DNA from: Candidatus Aminicenantales bacterium
GTDB lineage: Bacteria > Acidobacteriota > Aminicenantia > Aminicenantales > UBA4085
DNA length: 64,000 nucleotides
Assembly: GCA_049515535.1 (NCBI GenBank)
Contig: JBEKTZ010000012.1
Span: 1 to 64,000, forward strand
Direction of reading: 5' to 3'
The notes beneath the pieces are model-generated. The model saw only the letters and a program-made list of their open reading frames with translations, had not been told where the DNA came from and ran no database searches. Of the stretch, positions 1-9,042 are shown piece by piece (positions within the stretch are counted from its first letter, which is position 1; each line of letters starts with the position of its first letter). Made by a program: the position numbers and the translations under genes.

Positions 1-55
1 CTCGCTCCTCCTTCGTCAGAGCGATGTTCATTTTTTTGGGCCGGCCTGTTTTCAT
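1..55 (-). CDS. IS630-family transposase, N-terminal 18 codons only (partial)
   Basis: MKTGRPKKMNIALTKEER; open to the window edge; RBS GGAGG just upstream. Confidence 0.65.
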   Translation of the reverse strand, partial: MKTGRPKKMNIALTKEER

Positions 56-124
56 GGGCACCTCCATTATGCCCATGATACAGCAGATCGACTATATATG
101 CAACTTATTTATGAGACAATACAC
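1..124 (-). mobile_element. IS630-family insertion sequence, left end (runs off window start)
   Basis: Minus strand reads CTAG (TA at 125-126), then GTGTATTGTCTCATAAATAAGTTGCA, a GGAGG RBS, and ATG at 55 starting MKTGRPKKMNIALTKEER. This resembles the 'GRP..l.Lt.eEr' N-terminus of IS630 transposases; IS630 targets TA. Confidence 0.7.
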
Positions 125-283
125 TAGCAGAAAGAAGTGCGGAAAGCGCTCTAAATCGTTTAGTAATTCTTCCGCCTTATCAATTCCAGTCTCAAAATTA
201 ATTTTCTTCTCGCGTGGGGCTTGTAAGTTCTTTCTCCCTTCCGCAATAAGATTGTCTACAATTTTTCTTTGCGATTTTGTCAT
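125..283 (-). pseudogene. 5' fragment of an IS-interrupted gene, possibly HhH-GPD/endonuclease III-like
   Basis: MTKSQRKIVDNLIAEG...AEELLNDLERFPHFFLL runs directly into the IS end. The 'LLNDLExxPHxF' segment resembles N-termini of HhH-GPD-like proteins (recalled, not searched). Confidence 0.45.
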
Positions 284-412
284 ATTTATATTAACGTGTT
301 TTATCGAAGCATAAATACGAATATCAATATCATGTAAGTGCAGCTGAACCTCCAATTTTTCTGGCGTTCTTTAGGAGAGCTTTTTGTTTCAATTACCATT
401 TCTCAATATTAA

Positions 413-3400
413 CTAATCGCTCAAGAAGTGACAAAGCTGCAAATATCGGTTAAAAAGCTTGTTGCTCATCTGTTTGTCGCCGATAACCTCGTATACTTTC
501 ATCATATTAATAAATCCACCATGACCTGTATTTTTATAAAGATGTCTTACCGCCTCAGGTTTCATGTTTATATTTGATAATGCGAAAGCTAGTCCATAAT
601 GAAAGTATGGGGAGTTATTGGTGTAAAAGTCAGTATTAGGAAAGCTAAAGCTCTCGAGTAGTTTGATGAACGGTCTTATGCTACGGGATATTTTATAAGT
701 TTGCTCTAGCAGTGCCTTCCAGGAATCTTTCCGGGTTAGCACAATACCGGATTCATAGTTCCCTATTTTATTATATAAATTGTTAATCTTGGATTTAGTG
801 TTATTTTTCTGTAAATCTTTTATAAAGTCTGGTTCAGAAAAATTATTATTCAGAGGCAGATCGTTCTTTTCTTCAATCTCCACATTTGGATTTTTTCGGT
901 ATTTTTGGCATAAGGCTCGGTAACGAATCTTAAGCTCTCTGAAGTGACTATCGTTAAGATAGTACGATACGTTTTCTTTTTTCATCTCCTCGACCAAATC
1001 ATAAGCCTTGGCCAGAGCGTCTGCTCGTTCTTGATCCTCATATAAATCAGATTCGGCGATAGCAACATAAACAGTAATTTTTTGTTCGTAAATATCTGAG
1101 TTCGGCTTGCCCTCATAATCATAATCTTTTCGAAACTCAGACATTTCTTTTTCTAAATCCTCAAGAGCATCGCCAAGACGAACTCGACCAAGTAAAACAC
1201 TCGTCACCGCTATGTTGTTGTAATTTGAATAGCCCTTCTTATCTATCAGTTTCTTTTTCAATAATTCGGCAAGCTTAACATCATACTTCGAAACAAGATC
1301 AATGACGTTATATGGTCCCTGCCAGGTATGTTTTCCGTCGGTGAACTCGCTAACGCGAAGAGTCAAATTAAATACATCGTGTGCATGTTTGATCAGTTTT
1401 TCTCTGGTCTCCCAATTATTTCTCCAAAGAATCTCCAGGCCTTCTACGAGTTGGTAACTAACCAGGGTATCTTTTCGCCAACCATGCCTGAGGACCCCGT
1501 TCTTTAGACCTTTTATGAAATAAAATCTTGATTTTTCTTCGTTCAATCTTGAGTAGAATATAGCAAGAGAAAAACAATCGTTCACAAGGGACTGATAATC
1601 GTTAGCGCTTTTGAGCGCGTCCTCATAGTTTATTATGTCACTTTCATTTACAAGTTTATCAAATAACTTTTTGTTGATCGCAACAAGATGATAGTGAAAG
1701 CTATAAGGAATTATATTTGTACCTTCTCGTAATAATTGAGTTTTTAGAATGATTAGGTCATCAGTTGGTAAATTATTCGAAATACTAAATATTTCTGCCC
1801 ATAAAAAGGAGATATCCACTTCAAGATAAAGCCTTCCACTTTGATAATTGTGATCAACATAAGATATATAGCCCCGGAGTGCCTGTCCAATAGTCTTTTT
1901 CCCCTCCAAGATTTTCACATATACATCAAACAATGCTGAATATAGAGCAAGCTCGTCATAGTAGCTAACATGATCTTGCGAATTAGGTTTTAAGCTTTCA
2001 ATACTATTTTCACCAAGTGCAAATGAAATAAATGAATATTTGATTGGAACCTCATGGAGGCTCCAATCAATCTTACGTTCGTTTTTGAGATTCTTTAGCA
2101 ATTCTCTTAATAAATTATTCTCGTCCTCGATAAACGGGATACCCAAAAAAGCTTTATAAAAAGCAATAAAGAATTTCTCTTCTGAAAATACGATATTTCT
2201 AGCGGTTAATGCCGACCTAATCTTAGCCTGTAGCTTTTTGTCATTTATGAACATGTCAAGTAATTTATACGAACGAAGCACATCAAGGAAGGCAGTAAAC
2301 TCATAATCGTCCATCTGATCGATGTCTAAAATGAGAGAGGAAGGGCGATAACGCATAACAACATTAAAGAAAGATTTGACCAACTTATCTTTCCCTTCAT
2401 TTTTTCTAAAATAAGCATTCGACCCATCTTCAATATTTTGATAATTTTGACGAATTATTCTTCTAAAAATATCGGCCACTTTATTGCCTTGAATACAAAT
2501 TAGAATAAAAATATAATCCTCCCATTGTATCCAATAGGGATTGTCGGGTTTTCGCTCTTTATTGACCTGCTCTAAATACTTATTCTCTTTGTAAATTGAG
2601 GCTGCTTCATTGAGATTGCCCAGCAACTTTCTAGCCACTTCTTTGTTATTTTCCTTCCAGAAAATCACAATGTGCTTCAAAAGAGCGCTTATACCGCTAC
2701 TCCATATTGAAGAGAGGTAGTCGTTTAGCCTAAAATCATCTTTTTCTTTTTGCCATTGCTTGAATTTCTCTTTTAATATTCTTGTATCGATAAATAGAAT
2801 TTTATTCATCTGGAAATATTCACTTTCAAGTAGCTCATCAATTAGATAGTGATTTTGATTAGCTAAAGCAGGAATAAATTCTGATGAATTTAAATAATAT
2901 GCATCATCGACTCCGAAGCCACTGTGGTTGCCTAGATATACATCGATTAAATTCAAATCGAGTAATCCTGTAATATTTTCTTTTCTCTCGTATTCTTTTC
3001 TTAAATACGGCATAAAGTATCCTTCAAAGTATTCACGATTTGATAGTATATCCAAATTCCGAAGAATGACTGGGTTACCCTCATACTCAATTTTCAATCG
3101 TTGGGTGAAAAAGAACTCTTGATAACTTCGATGTTGGTATATGAAGCTTGGGCTAGAATCATCGTCTATATAGTTGCCGTCAAAGAACAAGTTGCTCAGA
3201 TAATTTAGCAATTCATTAACAGATTTGTAGTCAAGCCGGGGAAATATATTAAGAATGATTTCCTGTAGTTCTTTTCGATGGAAGCGATATGAAAGCTTTT
3301 TTTGGAATCTAAATGAAATCTCCTGATTAAGCGCAATTATTTCGTTCGATTTGGTATCCAGCAAATTAAGGCTATCAACGTTCTTTTTGTGATCCGGATT

Positions 3401-4678
3401 ACCTAATAGAAGATTAATCTTCTGCTCGATTAAATCCGCGACAGTACTAATTGGTCCGAGTTTTTCTATTGTATCCCACAATAGCCCAATTAAAAGAATA
3501 TCCTTGATTTCCTTCAATACTTTTTGATTGATTTTATGGAGCCGATCCAACAACTTAATTTTTTTCTTATCGTGTTTTGCAGCAAAGAACTTATTAATAT
3601 CTGCCAAATCGAGATCACAAAAATGGAATTCAATAATATCCGGTAGGTAGACAGGAACTTTTATCCTGTTCATATTGCCCGATCGACAAGAAATAATAAT
3701 CTTTTTTGTTCCGGATTTTTGCTCAAGTTCTCTCAAAGATGAAAGAACTTGATCCGCTCTATCCTCACTAAGTTCATCAAGACCATCGAGAAGATATATA
3801 AACCCCATGCTTTGTCCTCTTACGTTTGATTCAACCTGTCTTGCCCTAATTAAATTCTCCAAGCTTTCAGCAATACAGTCTTTCAAATTAATAAGCATGG
3901 GGACTGCCTGGTTTCGTACCAGAAGTTTGGCCATTTGCCTTTCCGTTTTTTTGTTTAAACCGCCAATCTCTCGAAAAAGAAAATGGATGAAGATGCTTTT
4001 CCCCGAACCCGGATGACCAATTATCAAAAAACATTTTTGTTTACTTCGCAGGATACTGGTGATTGGCTTTTTCACGATTTTGTCGCCCTTAGCCAATGGC
4101 AAATTCAGATATTCGTCGGATTGTAGGAAAGTCTGGATTCTGTGATTAGCCCCACCTTTAATGAATCCGAACTGATTAGGTGTATTAAAGTATAATTGTG
4201 CTAAATCAAGATTCGTTGGCTCATTGAGCAATATCTCAAAATTGCTGGGTACAACCCATTCAATCTTGATACCTAGTTTCTTCGCACACCCCTCAACTGC
4301 TTTTTGGCTTTGAGGAATATTAGTTGTTGAGCGGCGACCTTCAGTAAATTCTTTATTTATATAAAATATCAACTTATTTATTTTTGGATGTTTTTCTCTA
4401 GCTATTTTCAAACTGTCGATAAGCTGAGATTTATCGATTTTACTTTCAAAATACTTTGACTGGAAGCCAATTAAATCTCTACCTGCTTTTAGCGGATTGG
4501 TTTCTATGCCAGCCTGGTTTTTATAACGAAAAATTCCATAAGTAACTCCGAATCGGCGGCAGAAAAGGAAATATGACAGGCTTTCAAAGGCATCTCTTGG
4601 ATTAGAGTTGTATAATATAAACTTATCAAAATCTATTCTGACTAATCTATTTGCATATCTATTTCTTGGTCTAGGCAC
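413..4678 (-). CDS. avs4: Avs4-like antiviral STAND (NACHT) NTPase with N-terminal Mrr-like nuclease domain
   Basis: N-terminus FESLSYFLFCRRF..GIFRYKNQAGIETNP...IGFQSKY closely resembles Avs4 N-termini. Walker A GHPGSGKS; Walker B FIYLLDGLDE; FxH(R)SYQEFF winged-helix motif; long helical C-terminus; low GC. Confidence 0.8.
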   Translation of the reverse strand: MPRPRNRYANRLVRIDFDKFILYNSNPRDAFESLSYFLFCRRFGVTYGIFRYKNQAGIETNPLKAGRDLIGFQSKYFESKIDKSQLIDSLKIAREKHPKINKLIFYINKEFTEGRRSTTNIPQSQKAVEGCAKKLGIKIEWVVPSNFEILLNEPTNLDLAQLYFNTPNQFGFIKGGANHRIQTFLQSDEYLNLPLAKGDKIVKKPITSILRSKQKCFLIIGHPGSGKSIFIHFLFREIGGLNKKTERQMAKLLVRNQAVPMLINLKDCIAESLENLIRARQVESNVRGQSMGFIYLLDGLDELSEDRADQVLSSLRELEQKSGTKKIIISCRSGNMNRIKVPVYLPDIIEFHFCDLDLADINKFFAAKHDKKKIKLLDRLHKINQKVLKEIKDILLIGLLWDTIEKLGPISTVADLIEQKINLLLGNPDHKKNVDSLNLLDTKSNEIIALNQEISFRFQKKLSYRFHRKELQEIILNIFPRLDYKSVNELLNYLSNLFFDGNYIDDDSSPSFIYQHRSYQEFFFTQRLKIEYEGNPVILRNLDILSNREYFEGYFMPYLRKEYERKENITGLLDLNLIDVYLGNHSGFGVDDAYYLNSSEFIPALANQNHYLIDELLESEYFQMNKILFIDTRILKEKFKQWQKEKDDFRLNDYLSSIWSSGISALLKHIVIFWKENNKEVARKLLGNLNEAASIYKENKYLEQVNKERKPDNPYWIQWEDYIFILICIQGNKVADIFRRIIRQNYQNIEDGSNAYFRKNEGKDKLVKSFFNVVMRYRPSSLILDIDQMDDYEFTAFLDVLRSYKLLDMFINDKKLQAKIRSALTARNIVFSEEKFFIAFYKAFLGIPFIEDENNLLRELLKNLKNERKIDWSLHEVPIKYSFISFALGENSIESLKPNSQDHVSYYDELALYSALFDVYVKILEGKKTIGQALRGYISYVDHNYQSGRLYLEVDISFLWAEIFSISNNLPTDDLIILKTQLLREGTNIIPYSFHYHLVAINKKLFDKLVNESDIINYEDALKSANDYQSLVNDCFSLAIFYSRLNEEKSRFYFIKGLKNGVLRHGWRKDTLVSYQLVEGLEILWRNNWETREKLIKHAHDVFNLTLRVSEFTDGKHTWQGPYNVIDLVSKYDVKLAELLKKKLIDKKGYSNYNNIAVTSVLLGRVRLGDALEDLEKEMSEFRKDYDYEGKPNSDIYEQKITVYVAIAESDLYEDQERADALAKAYDLVEEMKKENVSYYLNDSHFRELKIRYRALCQKYRKNPNVEIEEKNDLPLNNNFSEPDFIKDLQKNNTKSKINNLYNKIGNYESGIVLTRKDSWKALLEQTYKISRSIRPFIKLLESFSFPNTDFYTNNSPYFHYGLAFALSNINMKPEAVRHLYKNTGHGGFINMMKVYEVIGDKQMSNKLFNRYLQLCHFLSD

Positions 4679-4811
4679 GTTCTAATATCCTCTGCCTCAC
4701 TACTTAAATGATCGTTAAATTATCAATAAGATAAATTATTTTATTATATTCTCCGAATTGATCACGTTTCTAATTGTGCCGGAGACAGCCAACCTCAATA
4801 ATCTCGAGATC

Positions 4812-5609
4812 TCATTTCCTGGCCTTATCAGCAAGTTTTGCGAGCAGACTAATGAATGCAATAAACTCAAGCGCCATTTCAGCATCATCTTTAATGATTT
4901 TGTGAGCCCTTGGATTTCGTAATCCTGCGACAGATCCGGCGAACATCATCATAAATCCTTTCTGCTCGTCAAGATCAAAAGAATCAGCGAGTTTATTGAA
5001 TTTCAATACTGGATTTTTAGGGCTAAAGACATATTCCATCAGAGTAGCGCCGTCTTTATCATTTGCTCCGCTTTTTAGCCTTACTAAAGCATTAAGGGCC
5101 TTCACCGCGTCTTCAATCGCATTGGCATAATGACCGTCTTTAAAAAGCTGGCCAACGGCCCGCTCAACCGCCGGATGAAGCTCTAATCCTTCATAAGCTT
5201 TCAGAGTCTTTCCTATCGCAGTATGCCCGGCATCACTAAGCTCTTCAAGAAATCCTTTCTTGATTGATTCAAGATTTGCTTTTGCCATAGCAATTCCTTG
5301 CTTTAGACCTTCTCGTATCTCATAAATTGGAGTTTCATACATCAAATTGACACCCGCAGTATCAAGCCTTGTTATAGACCAATGATAACGATCATATTCC
5401 ACTGTACCCACACCATAAATTGAGACAAGCAGCGTATCTAACTGTTTCTCTATCGCGTCAATCGTTGGATCGTTTCTGTCGTTGACCGAATTTACGTCAA
5501 TACTCTCAAGATCAGCGATTCTTCTCTCGATTTTTGGAATAGCCATTTCTATTTCTTTAAGCGACAAATTTGCAGCTTTCAGCTCAGGTTGATTTGTTTT
5601 TTTTACCAT
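4812..5609 (-). CDS. TIGR02391 (Hypoth_Ymh, HEPN-like) family protein
   Basis: C-terminal LHPAV...F..GHY..A...A.K...DG..LM..VFS...EQ.G...MF.G....RNPRAH, containing an RxxxxH motif. Confidence 0.8.
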   Translation of the reverse strand: MVKKTNQPELKAANLSLKEIEMAIPKIERRIADLESIDVNSVNDRNDPTIDAIEKQLDTLLVSIYGVGTVEYDRYHWSITRLDTAGVNLMYETPIYEIREGLKQGIAMAKANLESIKKGFLEELSDAGHTAIGKTLKAYEGLELHPAVERAVGQLFKDGHYANAIEDAVKALNALVRLKSGANDKDGATLMEYVFSPKNPVLKFNKLADSFDLDEQKGFMMMFAGSVAGLRNPRAHKIIKDDAEMALEFIAFISLLAKLADKARK

Positions 5610-5989
5610 AACGATTCAAACCTTATTGTTATTGATTATTCATTGAGTAATGGAGCCCTTTTATAATCCCACCTTTCCTAATTATCATAACATACTTTTT
5701 ATTGGGTCAACACTCCTGCCATTCCTAGCAGTAGCCTGCATACTCGCAGTCCTTGCACCATAAATCGGTTCGAGGGAAGAAGATTCTCTGGTCGATCCCT
5801 TTGAGAGCCTGGATGACGGCCGCGTGAAGCCAATGGCAACTTGATTCAACCCGGCGGGTTTCGAGCGTAATTAGCTAGAGCCTCTTGGATTTCACGAAAT
5901 CAACGATCATCAAGGCCTTCGGAGGCTTTTGATAAAGCCTCTCAAAAGCATAGCCGTAGATCGTCAACTGAAGGGATTCATCCGCATCC

Positions 5990-8900
5990 CTACGGCCCCG
6001 GCGGGGCATTCGCCGCCCGGGCCGCGGCTTCGATGGCGATGGCCGCCACCGCGGCCCCGTAATCCAGATCGATGTTTTCCATCGTGTCGAAGGTGTCGTG
6101 GTAGCCCTTCCGGTTGATGTCGTAATTCTCCATGAAGAGTACGACCGGCACGCCCGCGTCGGAAAAAATCTGGCCGTCGGTGTTGAATAGAGAGCTGCGC
6201 GGATCGTCCAATGTCCTCACTTCTCCCCTGAGATGAGGATGAAGGGCCGTCTCCGGAATCTTGAGTCCGTCCGGACTCCGCCGGCCGCGGCCCCGCCCCC
6301 GGCGTTCGGCGCGCCTGTTCCATTCCTCCGCCTTCGCGTTCCAGATCCGATTGGCGAGATGGGCGTGCCAGGCCAGGGAGAGAGATCTCGCGTCCTTGCC
6401 CGGAGAGATCTGGAAGACATCCCTTTCCCCGTCCCGGTTGTGGGCAATCATATCCATGACGTAAATGCCCGCGATGCGCACCGCGGAAAGGTCAAGGGAC
6501 GAGCCTTCGCGGCGGAAGTTGACCCCCGGGCAAAGCCCGGGGCCCCGGCCGTCGTCGATGAACGCATCCTTGCCCGTCCTTATTTTCAACGCGGCTTCGA
6601 CGAGGGCCCGGCAGAAGTGCCGCGCGCCGAGACAATCCGCGGGGAATTCCTCGCCCGTCAGATGAAGGAGCCAGATATCGCGCTCGAGCCGGCCCTCTTT
6701 GGCCAGCTTCAAGAACACCGGCGCGGCCCCGAGCAGCGCGGCCGTGGCCGAATGATTGTCGTCCGCGCCGGCCGCGGCCAGGCGGGCTCCGCTTCCGCCG
6801 CGTTCTTTTTCGTAGACATCCTCCATGTAGGCCGTATCGTAATGATCGGCCAGGACGACCGCTTCGCCGCGGTTCTTTCCGGGGATAACCACGAGAAGGT
6901 CGCGCTCGTAGGTGTGCCCTTCCTGATTGTTCTTCCATCCTCCGAAAAGCGGGTAATCGAAATCCGTTTTCCAATGAAAGGGCATTTCTCCGCAAACGGC
7001 CCGGCCGTCCATTCCCGCCGCCGCGATAGCTCGCCGGTGGCGGCCGAGGAGATAATCTCCCAGGGCTTCCAGGTCCCGGTGACGATGGATCAATCGGCTC
7101 AACGTCTGCGGTTCCTGAACGCAGTCGGCGTTATCTTTATTCAGAAACTCGCCATGGGAAAGGACGAAGATATCGTTCCAGAAACTCTCTTCGAAGGGAC
7201 GCGTCGCCGTCTCCTCGAAGGTGATCGCTTCGGGAAGCGCGGGCGACGGGAAATCGCCCGGGCCGCGGCCGGACGCCTCCGCTTTGGCGGGCGGTTCGAT
7301 GAATCGCTCGATCTCCTGCCGTAACTTATCCCCCATATTTGGATCGGCAATTTTTTGAAAGAGTTCGGAAAGCCATCCGCTCAGTTTTTCGTTCTCGGCC
7401 ACGCGCAAAAGATTCCTGGCGAAACTTCGCGGCAGCGGCCGGTTCCCCCATAGACGAAAAGCGTCGTATAAAGTCTGAATGTTCAGGGCCGTCTGATGCT
7501 TGTAATATTCGCGCCGGTTATCGATGTCGCGAAGCGCCGCTAAAATCGCCTCTCTCCTGAGCAAACGCGGCCAGAGGATGACGGGACGAGCGGGGTCCGG
7601 CGCATCGGCCCGATACGCGGTCAGAAAACCGAGTGGGGCGTCGGGGATCATCTCCGCTTCGGCTTTTTCGGCGGACCAATAGGCGGCCAGCGGGCGATGC
7701 CAGTAAAGTTCGTGACGTCCCACCCGCATGGCCGGGAACTGGAAGCGATACAGGAAGAGGCCGCCTTGGACGACCTTTCGAGCGGCATCGGCGATTTGAT
7801 TGGGCGCCGCGTTCGGCCCGTCCAGGAGCAGCCGGGAATCCTCGGCCCAGATCTGACAGTTTCTGGCCATGGGCTTGGAGTAAAGCCTCAGGGCTTCGCT
7901 GGCCGTGCTGAAAAGGACCCGCGCGACCCGGTCCTCGAGAGCGCTCAGGGCCGCGTCCGCTTCGTGCCGATGGACCCGGTCCCAACGGCTCGTCCGCCGG
8001 TAGGTATTGACGAGCAAATCCGGGTGGATCTCCGCGGATACGTGATCGGACCCGGGTTCATGGAGCCATCCCGATTGCGGAACCCTGATGCCTCCGGGAG
8101 CGTCATGGCGCGCGGCGAGCCGCTGGAGAGGAATCTGCATCGCGAGAGGGAGTTGTTCCTGCAGCCGAATATAGCTCGGCTGCCCCCAGAAGACGAGGCT
8201 TCCGGGAAAAGGCAAAAGCGCGAGACGCCCGGAAAAATAGCGTTCTTTGACCGCGGTGGGAAGACGGCCAAAGGGTCGAAACGTCAGAATATAGCGAACG
8301 TCTTCGGGGAGGGAGGAATCTTCGACGATCAACCCGCGTGTCCATGAAGGACGGGTTTCGTCGCGCCAGTAGGGAAATCTTGGATCGCTCTCGGACGGCA
8401 GGATGCGGAATCCGATCCGGCGGAGCCCGGACGCGTCTTGAACGGTCTCCCCATACGCGTCCGACAGGATCCGGAAGAGAAACGCCAGGGACTCCCGTTC
8501 GGGAATTTCCCGATCGGGAGCGGAATAAAAGCTTTTCCAGAAGGCCCGTTCCGGCCCTTGCTCGCTCGATCCGAAGAAAGTCCAGCGGACGCGGCCTTTG
8601 TCATCCTGTGTCCGGGAGAGGGCCAAAGGCAGGAGGACGACATAACGTTCATGCGGGATCCTGCCGGCATGGGCCGCGAGCTCGGGCGGCCAATACGGAT
8701 TGTCGACGAGATTGCGACCTTTATGCCCGGCGATATGATACTCGGACTTGCCCTCGCCCAGCCGCGCGAGATCGCCCACGATCTGACGACCGAGATGGCG
8801 CAGCCCCGGCCCGAGCTCGTATTCCTCTTCGATCTCGGAAATGTTCCAGCCGTAAAGATCCTCTTCCGGAAAAATCAGCGAGTCCGCTTCGCCATAAGGG

Positions 8901-9034
8901 CTCCGGCCGAGCCTGGGCGACGGCATGAATTCAGAATAGGCGGGCAATGGGTATTGCCCCTTCCCCGTGAACCAGGGAAATCCCTCCAAGAGAATTTGCC
9001 GGCCGACGAGAACGGTCTCGTTCATGTTGTTCAC
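5990..9034 (-). CDS. M28-family metallopeptidase with large uncharacterised N-terminal region
   Basis: C-terminal ADHYDT, GADDNHS, GEE, MDMIAH and YHDTFD zinc-ligand motifs; about 620 aa of N-terminus not recognised. Confidence 0.8.
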   Translation of the reverse strand: MNNMNETVLVGRQILLEGFPWFTGKGQYPLPAYSEFMPSPRLGRSPYGEADSLIFPEEDLYGWNISEIEEEYELGPGLRHLGRQIVGDLARLGEGKSEYHIAGHKGRNLVDNPYWPPELAAHAGRIPHERYVVLLPLALSRTQDDKGRVRWTFFGSSEQGPERAFWKSFYSAPDREIPERESLAFLFRILSDAYGETVQDASGLRRIGFRILPSESDPRFPYWRDETRPSWTRGLIVEDSSLPEDVRYILTFRPFGRLPTAVKERYFSGRLALLPFPGSLVFWGQPSYIRLQEQLPLAMQIPLQRLAARHDAPGGIRVPQSGWLHEPGSDHVSAEIHPDLLVNTYRRTSRWDRVHRHEADAALSALEDRVARVLFSTASEALRLYSKPMARNCQIWAEDSRLLLDGPNAAPNQIADAARKVVQGGLFLYRFQFPAMRVGRHELYWHRPLAAYWSAEKAEAEMIPDAPLGFLTAYRADAPDPARPVILWPRLLRREAILAALRDIDNRREYYKHQTALNIQTLYDAFRLWGNRPLPRSFARNLLRVAENEKLSGWLSELFQKIADPNMGDKLRQEIERFIEPPAKAEASGRGPGDFPSPALPEAITFEETATRPFEESFWNDIFVLSHGEFLNKDNADCVQEPQTLSRLIHRHRDLEALGDYLLGRHRRAIAAAGMDGRAVCGEMPFHWKTDFDYPLFGGWKNNQEGHTYERDLLVVIPGKNRGEAVVLADHYDTAYMEDVYEKERGGSGARLAAAGADDNHSATAALLGAAPVFLKLAKEGRLERDIWLLHLTGEEFPADCLGARHFCRALVEAALKIRTGKDAFIDDGRGPGLCPGVNFRREGSSLDLSAVRIAGIYVMDMIAHNRDGERDVFQISPGKDARSLSLAWHAHLANRIWNAKAEEWNRRAERRGRGRGRRSPDGLKIPETALHPHLRGEVRTLDDPRSSLFNTDGQIFSDAGVPVVLFMENYDINRKGYHDTFDTMENIDLDYGAAVAAIAIEAAARAANAPPGP
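6491..6553. mobile_element. 63-bp internally deleted copy of the 102-bp palindromic element, inserted in frame in the M28 gene
   Basis: GTCAAGGGACGAGCCTTCG/CGGCGGAAGTTGACCCCCGGGCAAAGCCCGGGGCCCCGGCCGTC matches 47879-47980 and 61870-61971 minus a 39-nt central block. Confidence 0.85.
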
Positions 9035-9042
9035 CCTAGGGC

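Noticed and set aside
5847..5868. CAACCCGGCGGGTTTCGAGC as a reverse tRNA 3'-end att site at the island edge
   Set aside because: The similarity is too short and mismatched, and no T-arm pairing can be built.
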